The notes beneath the pieces are model-generated. The model searched no databases and was not told the origin of the DNA. It saw nothing but the letters and a program-made list of their open reading frames with translations. Below are positions 52,773 through 64,000 of a stretch of 64,000 nt of DNA, in pieces. Positions within the stretch are counted from its first letter, which is position 1. The number at the start of each line of letters is the position of its first letter. A program made the translations under genes and the position numbers. This DNA comes from Felis catus (lineage: Eukaryota), in assembly GCF_018350175.1 (NCBI RefSeq), contig NC_058373.1, positions 134,416,001-134,480,000 of the forward strand, in the 5' to 3' direction.

Positions 52773-55339
52773 AAAAGCCAAATCTCTCACTTTGTGGGGG
52801 CGGGGAACACGTGCAGCATACGTTAGGTATTCTGGGGTGAGACCCCCACCACCACACTGGGTCTCTCATTTCCCTCCTGGCTTTAACCCTCTGCCAGCCA
52901 CACCCCAGCAGGGCTTGTTCTGAAACACCCCTCTGTCACAGTCTCCTGAGCCTTAACACCACAGAGGGACATTTATCAGGCCCCAGGCATGTCTGAGCCG
53001 TGCCTCTGGCTAACATGAGAGAGGATCGGGGTGGTAAATGAGCCCCAGTCACCGTATGACCAGATTTCTGTAATGTCACATGAGAGCTGGGTTCCAGCTC
53101 TGCTGTTAACTCGCTGCAGAGCCCCAGCCGAGCCCCTCTCCCACCGCCCCCCGTTCCCCCACCCTGACCCCCTTGCTTGTGTAGAATGAGGGTAGCTCTG
53201 GGCTTCAGCCCAGCTTTCCAGAGCACTGATGCTGCCTCTAAACCTTGGGCTTCCTACACTAGGAGGTCCAGGCAGGAACCAGGTGGCACTTGCCCCAGCA
53301 ACACCCCAGGCTAAGGCATCTGTCCCAGTCCACCATGGGGACTCGAGATCCCAGCCGAGGACTTAAGCCGTTCCTGGGTGACACAAGCTATGGCAAGAGC
53401 ACACTATGAGTGTGTCTACTGCTCAGGACAGCACTCAGATGCTCACAATAAGCTCTCAAACGGATCTGTAAACAAGAAATACACATGGCAAGCTGTCAGC
53501 CACTTGGGAAGCACAGAAAATGACTAAAAAAGGATTGGAACACTCTAACACATGACGTTGCAACCAAATAAAGACCAAGGTCTGTTCTCACAGCAGGCTG
53601 TGCCTCAGAAGCATGCTTGGGGAGAGAGATGCTAACTCCTCCCCTTTGGGGCCTGTGTGACGGACTTCCTCGGGTATTAATAACCGCCAGCTGTCCCCAC
53701 AAAAGCCAGAGACTCCCTTCTTAGCAAAGAGATTTTGGCTGGGAAGGATGGTGAACTATGAGCCCCTCTGATGTGCTGAGATGGCAGGAAGGCAGGGAGA
53801 CATCTGCCTTCTGTCCTTTAATGTCAAGTTTTACTCGGATGACCATTGTTTACGTGGTAACAACAGAAGACAGAAAAGCAAGCATCCAGGTACCTCGCTC
53901 TGCAGAGCAGGCCAAGGTCTCCTTCATGGGGGTGCGGAGAAGGCTCACTTCCAGATGGAAAAGGACCCCTCCCTCCAGCATGTGCCCACCAGCCCAAGGC
54001 AGGACATTAGTCTGGATGCCAGACCAGCAGCAGATCCAAGAAAAACCGAGGTGCACAGGGAGCATTCCTGTCCTCCACCAGGAAGAGGGTCAGATTAGTT
54101 CACACTAAGGCTAAGAGCCGAGCGGGGCCTTTATAGGTCATGTAGGGGTAGGTAAGGGGAGAAGAAAAATGGCTCCATCCACTCTCCCTCCAAGTCCAGA
54201 CACTAAAACGGGAATTGGAGGGGTTGTGTGTTCTCACCTCTGCTACCACCATCCCCCTCACTGCCTCCTAACTTCTCTTCTGGACAGATGTGATTCCAAT
54301 TCAAAAATGAAGTCACTGACCTAGACCCAGAAGACCTCAAGGGGAAAGGGACGCTTCTGTGTCTGACAATTTAATCCTGGTTTGATTTAAGCAGGAACTT
54401 CTAAAAAGTCCTCATATCTTAGGACTATCCATCATCAGCAGGAGTATCCTGGCTGCCAGGACTCAAGATCAATTGCTTTGATGTGGAAAAATCCCTACAC
54501 TGACTCCAGGTGAAAAGGTTATTCCTTTACAATAAACAAGAAGAAAAAAAAAGATGGTGGGGGCGGGGGGCGGTGCGGACAAGGAAAGGAAAATAAAAGA
54601 AATGCTGACTGACCCTGTTCAAGTAGTCCCCCATTGTCATTAAGCCATCGAAACAGGGCAGAGACACGGCACTTTTAAGCTGGGGCTGGGGTCTCAAGCC
54701 CTTTATGATTAACATCACGTATGTTCTTATTAGACACTCTCCTCATTCCTCCAGAAAATATGAGACCAGCATCTGGCACAGAGCCGTATGTTCCACAAAA
54801 ACCTCCTATCATCCTCTCCATTTATGCTTTTAGCATCTCTACCTCATTACCATACTAGAGAGGGTGGGGACCCACCTAACTCAGCTCAACACCCAAAGCA
54901 TGCCATGAGCTGTGTGTTAAATGCAGAAATCATGCAAGCTGGCTATCTCACAGGTATCAACACTAAATAAAGCTCCTCAACCGCAGAAACCTGTGGGGCT
55001 GTAAGGTTTCGTGGGGCACACACCAGTTCAATCTCTCTGTTTGCTAATTGGCTGTTTCAAATCCACACTGCCAGACCCTAAGAGGTAAAGCCCACAGCTA
55101 CCCTCGCAGCACCCTTTGAAAAGTGTCACTGAAGCCACCTTCCAGGAACCAGATGCAAAAAGCCAACAGCTGGTCTCACTTTACTATGGGGATTCCCAGA
55201 GCCGAAAACAAAACAAAAAATCAAAACAATGATTCTCCCAAGGACCCAGAGAGGAGAGAACAGGGGCCTCCAGAAGGAAAGGGTAATGGGTTCAGTCCTT
55301 TTTTGGGGTAAGACTATGGTAGAACACACAACCTAAAAC

Positions 55340-55705
55340 CAAGTAAAATACACATTAACATTTACCATCTTAACCAATTTTAAGCGTACGGGTCAGTACC
55401 GTTACCGCATTCACACTGTTGCACCTACCACCATCCTAACGGTTTCTAGGTCTATGAATCTGACTGTTCCAGGTCCCTGATGTNNNNNNNNNNNNNNNNN
55501 NNNNNNNNNNNNNNNNNNNNNNNNNNNNNNNNNNNNNNNNNNNNNNNNNNNNNNNNNNNNNNNNNNNNNNNNNNNNNNNNNNNNNNNNNNNNNNNNNNNN
55601 NNNNNNNNNNNNNNNNNNNNNNNNNCATTTTGTTACCCATCCACCCACTTGGGTTACTTCTACACCTTGGCTATTGTGAATAATGCTGCTGTGAATGTGG
55701 GTGGT
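55340..55705 (-). mobile_element. L1MB-like 3' end spanning an assembly gap
   Basis: GTAAAATACACATTAACATTTACCATCTTAACCAATTTTAAG...TTGGCTATTGTGAATAATGCTGCTGTGAA; Ns at 55484-55625. Confidence 0.8.
55484..55625. other. Assembly gap
   Basis: N run inside an L1MB-like relic. Confidence 1.
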
Positions 55706-55773
55706 GTTCCTTGCCTTTTAAGTCAAAGAGGATTTCTAAAACCAGGCAGCCTCCTTAAAGACTAAAAGTTCAA

Positions 55774-55997
55774 TTTTTTTAAAAAATTTTTTTAAATGTT
55801 TACTTATTTTTGAGAGAGACAGAGACAGAATGCGAGTGGGTTAGAGGCAGAGAGAGAGGGAGACACAGAATCAGAATCAGGCTCCAGGCTCTGAGCTGTC
55901 AGCACAGAGGCTGAGGCAGGACTCGAACTCACGAGCCTTGAGATCACAACCTAAGCCAAAGTCGGACGCTCAACTGACTCGGCCACCCAGGCACCCC
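55774..55997 (-). mobile_element. SINEC_Fc-type Can-SINE
   Basis: Exact TSD taaaagttcaatttt (55763-55777 / 55998-56012). Confidence 0.96.
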
Positions 55998-56603
55998 TAA
56001 AAGTTCAATTTTCCTGAGCATACCATGTTTTTTTGTTTTGGTTTGGGTTTTTTTGGTAATTACCTCATACTTTCTAAGCTCTTCCCATCCAAATGTGAAC
56101 ATACACTCGCATTTCAGAGTCACATCATGAATTCACCTCCCAGCTCCATCTGGCTGCTCCAGGCCTTCTGGGGACTCTCAGGGTGGCAGCTATCATCAGG
56201 ACCACCATAATAGCTGCTCCCAGTTGACCCTGTTCCTGCCAACCTGATCTTCCCCAGTGGTTCAAGCTCTCCTTTCCAGAGACTATACCTGGGAGCTCAC
56301 ACACACCTGGGAATTTAAATGACCTATGGACTTTGTTTGGCACAACCATCCCTTCAAACCACGTGCCCCCCTCCCAAAAGAACCCAACCCAACTAGACCC
56401 TTTGGAGGAGGAGGATGGTTATGGAAATGGAAGTCCCATGTCCTGACCTTGACCTCCCAGAGCAGGGAAGGAACCTCAGTCATTCAGAACTAGAGGAAGA
56501 CACTTTCGAAAGGAAAAAAGAAAAGAGGAAACCTTCGCTGGTGACGATTCCAATTACTCTCTGTTTAAAAAGGCTGTGAAAGGGTTCATCAAAGTGGCTT
56601 TAC

Positions 56604-56805
56604 CTTTATTTGTTCATTTTTAATATATGAAATTTATTGTCAAATTGGCTTCCATACAACACCCAGTGCTCATCCCAAAAGATGCCCTCTTCAATACCCA
56701 TCACCCACCTTCCCCTCCCTCCCACCCCACATCAACCCTCAGTTTGTTCTCAGTTTTTAAGAGTCTCTTATGCTTTGGCTCTCTCCCACTCTGACCTCTT
56801 TTTTT
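56604..56805 (-). mobile_element. Feline L1 3' UTR fragment (5'-truncated)
   Basis: TATGAAATTTATTGTCAAATTGG...CATCAACCCTCAGTTTGTTCTCAGTTTTTAAGAGTCTCTTATGC; near-identical to the fragment at 12893. Confidence 0.92.
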
Positions 56806-57953
56806 GTTTTGTTTTGTTTTTTTTTTTAAGAAATCAATTTCTCCCAGTTTTTGAACGCCGGATGGATAAAGACCCAGTTTCAATGCAGGCGACGCACCAC
56901 AGCAGGGACAGTGGAGTCTAGTTTGTCACCTAAAGCTGCCTGCAGCAGTTCTCAGGCTGGCCCTGGACCCTCAGGCCAGGGAGGCACCGGTGGGGCAGGC
57001 GCACTGCTTCTTTCAGACACCAAGTGGCCGGGCAGCCCATCAGTCACATTTACTGCCCCCAGTCCCTGGTAAGTCGGAGGCTGCCAGTTCCTGCCCTGAG
57101 AAAAAAGCTGGAAACGGGTGCAGGACCCAGAAAAGCAGGTAGGAGCTGAAATGGCAGGGCTCAGGAAGATAAATAAACCTAGGTTCACAGAGGAGGACCA
57201 AGGTAAGGTGCTCTGACAGGAGAAAGTACCGAGACAAGACACAGGAGTGGAGGGGGAGGCAGGCGGGCACAGAGTGGGGCAAAGACGTAAGTACTACAGC
57301 CTGGTAACAGGCACAGTCTGCTGGCACGAGCCTCCAGCTCTGCAGCAGGTGCCACGCAAGCACTCTGACCCAGGGAGTCAAGTTCAATTATCCCCCTTAG
57401 ACAAAGGAGGAAATCGTTTAGAGGGGTCAGGTCGCTTGCACCAGGGGAGGAAAGACCCTGCTGTCTACTGTCTACAGAACATTGGGGAGAACACTGTCCA
57501 GGAAGGACACTGTCCAGAGCACCCCCCCCCCCCAGGCCCCAGCACATGGGCTGGGGGCAAATGAGGTGAAGGCAGCCTGAGAGTTTACCTCCCAAAGGAA
57601 GAAACCAGGATGATGACAGATGATGGAAAGAGAAGCAGGTCAGATCTAAGCACTTCTTCCTCCCAGGCGACCTATACTTCAGTCCCCATCTGCCTTCCTC
57701 GGAAAGTGGGGGCAAGCCATTTTGGATTAACTGCCCTAGGCAGCTAAAGAAACCACCCACTCTTCATTCTTCTGGCATCTCAACCTTGGGACATGTACAG
57801 CTGCGACTTAGTCCCTTTCCATCTGAAAAGTCCAATTTTGTAAGCTCTATGCTATAAAATTCCAACATTCAGAATTCTCACCATAAAAAGGAGAGAGTGG
57901 CTAGAAGACCAACTTGGCACAAGAAGTGACAACCTGCTTCAAAGTTTCTGATA

Positions 57954-58175
57954 TTTTTTGTAAATTTTTTTTTTTTTACTGTTTATTCTTGACAGAGAGA
58001 CAAAGACAAAGCAGGAGCAGGGGAGGGGCAGAGAGAGAGGGAGACACAGAATCTGAAACAGGCTTCAGGCTCTGAGCTGTCAGCACAGAGCTCAAGGCAG
58101 GACTTGAACTTAAGAGCTGTGAGATCACGACCTGAGCTGAAGTCAGACGCCTAACTGAGCCACCTAGGCACCCCC
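57954..58175 (-). mobile_element. SINEC_Fc-type Can-SINE
   Basis: TSD agtttctgata (57943-57953 / 58178-58188). Confidence 0.95.
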
Positions 58176-58646
58176 AGAGTTTCTGATACTTTAAGCAGCC
58201 ACAATTCCACATTTTAAAGGAAAGTAAACTGTTCTGACTGGTTACAAGAGCAGGAGGAAAAGCCTGTTTGGTTGCTGTGGTTTGGAAAGGAGGCATTCAT
58301 TTTTAAAGTTTTAAAGCCATTAAGCCTAAACATTACTAACCTCAGGGGAGCCAAGCTGGCTAGACAAAGTTGAAAACAATCAATGTAATTTCCACCCCCC
58401 AGGGACTGGGCCTCCCTAGTACCTGACAGATGGCATCTCCATCAACAAAGCAAACACCACATGAAAGCTTGCAGGTTGGTGTGAAAGCAGTGGGGGTCCC
58501 CTCTAAGAGTGGGATTCAAAGGCTCCAGCCACCCCACCCCATTTCGATCTCATTTGCCCCCAGTGACCTCCTCAACAGTCAGGTCCCCAGTCCCTGATGT
58601 GTGTCAGGCACTCAAGGGACACAAAGAATGAAAAAAGCAAGGCCCT

Positions 58647-58873
58647 GGGGCATCTGGGTGACTCAGTCGGTTAAGTGGTTAAGCTCCTCTGACTTTGGCT
58701 CAGGTCATGATCTCATGGTTCAGTTCGTGAGTGTGAGCCCCTCGAGCCCCTCCTCGGGTTCTGTGTCCCTCTCTCCCTCTGCCCCTCCCCTGCTTGTGCT
58801 CACTTGCTCTCTCTCAAAAATTAACATTAAATGTACATATATGCACATATATGTACACACACACACACACACA
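58647..58873 (+). mobile_element. Can-SINE with a tail-derived TA/CA microsatellite
   Basis: GGGGCATCTGGGTGACTCAGTCGG head, CT tract, then a tail decayed into (TA)/(CA)n. Confidence 0.9.
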
Positions 58874-60251
58874 CGGACCTGTCTTCCAATTAGTCTAGAA
58901 AGAAGCAACAGGTCAGGGAACTCTGTAGGACTATTTTCGCCTAGAGATAGGATCCTGGGTCCAAGCCCAGCACAGTAATGAATTCCCTGAATGCCAGGAC
59001 TTACTTTCTGAATTTACTTACTCCAGACTCACTCCAGAGTAAGTTGTTCTTGTCTGTTCTGTTGTTTCGTATCTGGTCTCTAACACACGCTGAAATGTTT
59101 CCATGCTGATGGGGTGAGACACAAAGATGTAATGCCTACTTTTAAGGTGTTTCACTGCTGGTGGCAGATAAAATCATGAGATAATATGCGTAAGATAATA
59201 GGCCTAAGACACTCCGCACCATGAGCACACAGTAAACTTTTTAAAAAGCTCATATAGGAGAAAAATATGTATGGCAAGTCAAGCACATACGTGCATGCTC
59301 ATTGGACTAACCCAAACCAATCACAGTGCACCTCTTGGAAGGGCCCGTCCATAAGCCACCCACTAAGAAATCAATGAAGCACGCCCAGAGGGGCAGACCT
59401 GCCCACGATACCCTCTGCTCCACCAGTGCGCATCTTATCCTCACGGCTGGCAGGGAACCTGCACAAGGCCCTCATTCAACCCTCCTCATAGTCTCTGAGG
59501 CAGGCGCTATTCATATCCTCGTTTTCAGATAAACACTCTCGGAGATGAAGCTGCCCGAGGTCACCAATCTGAGCGGTGAGCTTGCAGGATCCCGCGCCTC
59601 TGCAGACAGAGGCTTACAGTTCCTTTTTGTGCTGTGTTTGGCCCCTTCATACTGACCAAATGCCAGGTCAGCCTGGGAGAGGAGCCACTGCCATGAGCAT
59701 TCACAGACTCAAGAAACTTGGCACTATTTCACCTGAGCCTCATGACAACCTGCAATATGGTATTACCCACACTTTAAAGGGGAGGTTCAATGATCCAGCC
59801 TAAGTCACATCGGTAGGAACAGGGACACACAAGTTTCTAGACCCTTGAAAGAATAACATGACCCAACCTGACAAAGCAATGGAGTCTGCCCTTACTTCTG
59901 CCCCGCCCCCCCCCAGCTTCCATCTGGTTCTTCCCCCTCTGGCTTCACCTTCCTGGCCTTCGCCCCACAGAGCTCACTCATCCATTCCACGGGCCAGTGG
60001 CTAACATCCTGCCCCCAGCTGAGAAAGCAAACCCGACTACCCCCTCCCAGCCAACGGAAGTGTGCCACCGTACGACGTTTCTGGACACCCTGCTTTCAAG
60101 CTCCACTTTCCTTTCCAACTGATACGAACTCTTGAACTGGGCCAGAAGTGGCAATAGTTTTACTAGCAGTTGCTCATAAACTTTCAACAGAGCAACTGGC
60201 AGTTGTATCATATGAGGACAGTAAAAGTAATTAATACACACCAGGGAAGGT

Positions 60252-60528
60252 TGTGTTTGGTAGCTTCAATAAAATAATCAATGAGATAAGTCATCAGAAG
60301 CAGCTCAACCCGTCAGGCCTACGTTAGCAGGCTTTTTCTCTCCTTTTCCCTATCGGCATCATGCAATCACCCCCTTTTCTTCTTTCTCATAAAAACCCCT
60401 TACTTTCCCCACACAGTAACCCCACTCTCTGGTTACTCGGTCATGTTTGGTGCTCCCTGAATTGCAATTCTGAGACCCTGAGTAAAGGGCTTGTTCTTTT
60501 CAGTTTTGCCTCCTTTTCTAGGTGGACA
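60252..60528 (+). mobile_element. Possible solo ERV LTR
   Basis: TG...CA ends, TATA-like CATAAAAACCCC (60388), TTGCAATTCT...AGTAAA poly(A)-like signal (60481) and a T-rich U5-like end ...TAGGTGGACA. No exact adjacent TSD. Confidence 0.45.
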
Positions 60529-63500
60529 GAAGCAATGGGAGGCTCCCCCCGACCCCCCCGAAGCTGCGCTGTGCCCCATCAGTATAGGGTATGGGGTCAG
60601 TATAGGGTCAGAGCATGGCCCTATACTTCGAACACCTCCCTCCCCCTTTAACCTCTTGAGAAACCTAAATCCCAAGCCAATGGAAACCTTGCAGGGTGTA
60701 GCTGGCACAGCCCTTCCAAAACCTCCACTTTCCGTCAACATACCACCAACAAACTCAGAACTGGGGGCCTCTTCAACACCTCCATCAACCTTGCTGAACC
60801 CACTGATTTAAGAGCACTTCCTCATCCTCCTTGGTCTTCCTCCTCAATACCAGAAAAACGACTGCAATTCTATCTTAAGATTAAGGACCAAGGCCCCGAA
60901 TCTGTGGCCAAGTAGGAGAAAAACTCTGCCTTTCCAGAAAGAAAGGCTGAATAAGGAAAACTGCCATTAGCCCTGGACGTGAGCCACGCGGGCGGCTTTA
61001 CGGAGGGGCGAAGCCTGCCCGGGCAAGTTCTTCAGGGACTCCTCCTGACAAAGGAGTTGTAACATCCCACATGCTGATCTCGGCACCAAACACCAAAACC
61101 CAAGGCAAGGGAGAGACCCTTCTTTTTTTCTCAAACCTTGAGAAATCCACTTCCCTCCTTTTCGTCACAAAGGGCATCGGTGCCTCTAACCGCTTCCTAC
61201 GTCTCTGGTGCCTAGTGCACTACGAAAGTTGTTTCTACCACCTTCATTCACCCAGCAGTGCTGGATCCTCAACACTCCCGGCTGTGCTCTGAATGTGTGA
61301 GCAACAAGAGCTAACTGAAAAGGACGCCAACTCCTTCCACCTACAAGCAGCATGGCCCATCCTCGGCATCGGAGAGCTTCGCGGCCTGGCTTAGCCAATA
61401 TTCTGCTGGAAGCACAAATTCAGACCACCTGCCCGGTGGTGGGGTGACCCCCCCTCCCCCGCCCCCAGCCAAGCTTCCACCCCCGGCTCCGTTCTGTGCC
61501 CAGACCTTCGGAGAAGGGCTCACAAAAAGACCCTTCTTAAACGAATGGCCACTGGCTATGAGAAAACTTGAGCTAAAAGTGGAGAAGGAAATTCATGGCG
61601 AGAGAACATGTATCAGAAACAGGATTCAGGAAAGAAGGGCCGTTCAGAAGGAGGAGAGGAGCCGGGACAAAGTTCGGATTCGCAGAAGCAGAGGTTTGAG
61701 TGGGTCCCTTGGGCCAATCCTGTACCAGGTTTTTGGGCTCCGTGCTGTGAACAGCCCAAAGCCAGCTGGCAGCCCAAGGGGCCTTGGGTGGCACCCTCAG
61801 CACCTGGGAGGGAAGGTGTGGCAGCTCAGGGACAGGAGGCAAAGCCCCAAGAGTTCAAGGTCTGGACTCAAGGCCAGGAGGGGGAGCCCACACAGACCAG
61901 AAAGGATGGTGTCTATACACATACTCCCCCGCCTCCTCTGTCTTTGTGTGTGTCTCTCTCTCTCCCCTCCTTGCCTTCAGCCTCCATGGCCTGGCCAAAT
62001 TCCAGCTCCACTAATTACATCAGACCCACCTTTCACCCCTCCCCACCCTCTGCAATTAACCCCGATTCTCTGCTTCCTGCTGCTCTGGGGGTGCAGGATG
62101 AAGTCTGAGGCCAGCTGTTCCCTCCATCCCACCCACCGCCCAACCCCGGCCTCACAAGGTGCCTGAAGCAATCCAGTCCGTTCCTCTGGGGCTCCAGGCT
62201 GGTGTGAAATCTAGTTTTCAACACGGGAGAGCCTCAGGAAGCAGCGCTCCCAGCCTGGCCCACCACGCAAAGCTTCTGAGCTCAGGATCCACCTCACTCT
62301 GGTGTCAGTGCAGATCCTTCCTGGTGGCCCTGCCAACCTTTATAAAACAGACTCTCTACCTACAGCAAGCTATCTCCCTACACAACAGACTACAGAAGGC
62401 TTCTTAGAAAGGCATTTCACCAAGCAACCAAAGACCAAGAAACCCTGCAGCTCTCCGGGGCTGTTTCCATATCTTATTTGCTGAGCCTCCCTTCTCTAAT
62501 CTGTAAAATGGGGACAGCAATTTCCTCCCCACTATGCCAGGGCCTGGCTCATAGAAAGCACGGTTATCTTCTTCTAGCCTTCTGAGGGGGGTAAAAACTA
62601 AGTCTCGAAGTTCCTGCTTGCTATTTCATATGCCTCGACAGCATTTCTTCTAAAACAAAAAGGAGAAAAAAACAAATAAATCAAGTTCAACTGACACTTA
62701 GTCTCCCATTTTGCGGAAACAAAACCTGCCTCTTGGTAGATTTGGGACTGCAAAGCACATGACCCTGGGGCTTCAGCCCCATCTGCCCCACCCTGGTCAG
62801 TAGGACAGGAAGGGTCACAGGTCAGGAGTAAATACCCTCTGTTTAGTGTAGAAAAACAGAATTCTAGTGGCCCTGAAAGCTGCCCCCCTCCAGCTGACTC
62901 AGAGTCACGGCCACCCCATCGGGCGGGTCCTGAACCCCAGGACCCTGGTGGGAGGGAGGGTCAGATCTGCTGCAGCTCTCAGTGGTCCTGGGTCTGGTAA
63001 TGCATTTTGCCCTCCCCTCAGAAGCTCGCTCCAGGTGGGGCACCAAGCACGCTGCTATCCATAGCCCCATATGGGCAACACCCCACGGAGTCTCTCAGAA
63101 TTCGTGCCCTCGCCCCTGCCTTGGTCCAGACCCCCATGATCTGCCCTGACTCCCCACTCCCTCTGACACCAATCTGTTCTTCATGCTGGTGCCAGCATTG
63201 CCTTTTTTAAACTTTCCCTTTTAAAAACTCTCCAAAGACTCCCAAGTCCTTTAGGATGAAGTTCAAATTCATTAGCATGGCATCCACTTCCCTGAAACCT
63301 CCTCATCTTTCCAGGCTCCCCCCATCACCACCCGCAAAGACACCCAACCTCTAGCCACCTTGAAGTGATTCAATCAGTCCTCAGCCTGTCTTATGTCTCC
63401 ACAGCTTTGCAGGTGCTTTTCCTCTCCCAGGACACCCCCTTCCACGCACCCCATTTTCAGCCAGCCTAGCTCCCTGCCAATCCTCCAAGACTCAGGACAA

Positions 63501-64000
63501 GTGTCACGCCCTACAGAAAGCTCCCCATGAGCTTTGCCCTTTCCCAGGCTGGGGAACTCCCTCCTGTGCCCTGTGGCCTCTCTTCCGCCCACTGGAGGTG
63601 GGCACCTCAGGTCTGGAGAAAGGCTTTAACAACAAGAAAGAGAAAGGAACCAGGCAACCCCTGGCGAGTGACACCCTCCCCTCTGGGGCCCCAGGGCTTC
63701 CTCAGCCCACATTTCATCACTGCACTAGAGACAATGAGGGACAGGAAGTGAGATGAAGGAAAGAGGAAAGGAGGGGTCCGTGCAGACCACCGCCCCTCTC
63801 AGGCTCACTTCCCAACACAGCCTGGAAGGTTCCCTCTTGCACTTTAAACTGACCGCGAATAGTCACAGGGAAGTAGGCAAGCTCCCGGGTCAAGCCCATT
63901 AACAGAAAAAGAGCTCCTACCCCAGACTGGGGACAGGACACAGGGGCCTCTCTAATGAAGGCCTCCCAGGCCTGGGGCTGCACCGCACAGCTCATGACCA

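Noticed and set aside
61444-62166. 240-aa plus-strand ORF
   Set aside because: GTG start, low-complexity segments and no recognisable domain.

Overview
This is mammalian genomic DNA, almost certainly from a felid, because it carries many SINEC_Fc-type tRNA-derived Can-SINEs and feline-type L1 3' ends. It comes from a gapped assembly with three N runs. The whole window lies inside one minus-strand gene, CCDC88C (Daple, a Hook-related coiled-coil protein). I reconstructed seven consecutive coding exons by hand: 70, 59, 84, 141, 185, 82 and 159 nt, all GT-AG, giving 780 nt or 260 codons with no stop. They encode [23 protein letters not shown]...[11 protein letters not shown], the second half of the HOOK domain and the start of the coiled coil. 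Numbering as exons 4-10 follows my recollection of the human orthologue. Three of these exons (4, 5, 9) are not visible in the ORF track in the correct frame. Positions 1-6551 are intron 10 and 26101-64000 are part of the long intron 3; exons 3 and 11 were not found in the window. The rest is SINEs, L1/L2/MIR relics, hAT DNA transposon relics, a possible solo LTR, and micro- and minisatellites. Almost all other ORFs in the track are spurious. I cannot support a new biological system. The best leads are: a SINE-bracketed, frame-closed, stop-free exon block that could form a translatable circRNA; a CpG-rich intronic promoter-like island with a strong splice donor; a SINE/L1 chimera; a nested SINE with a fold-back inversion; and two structured minisatellites.
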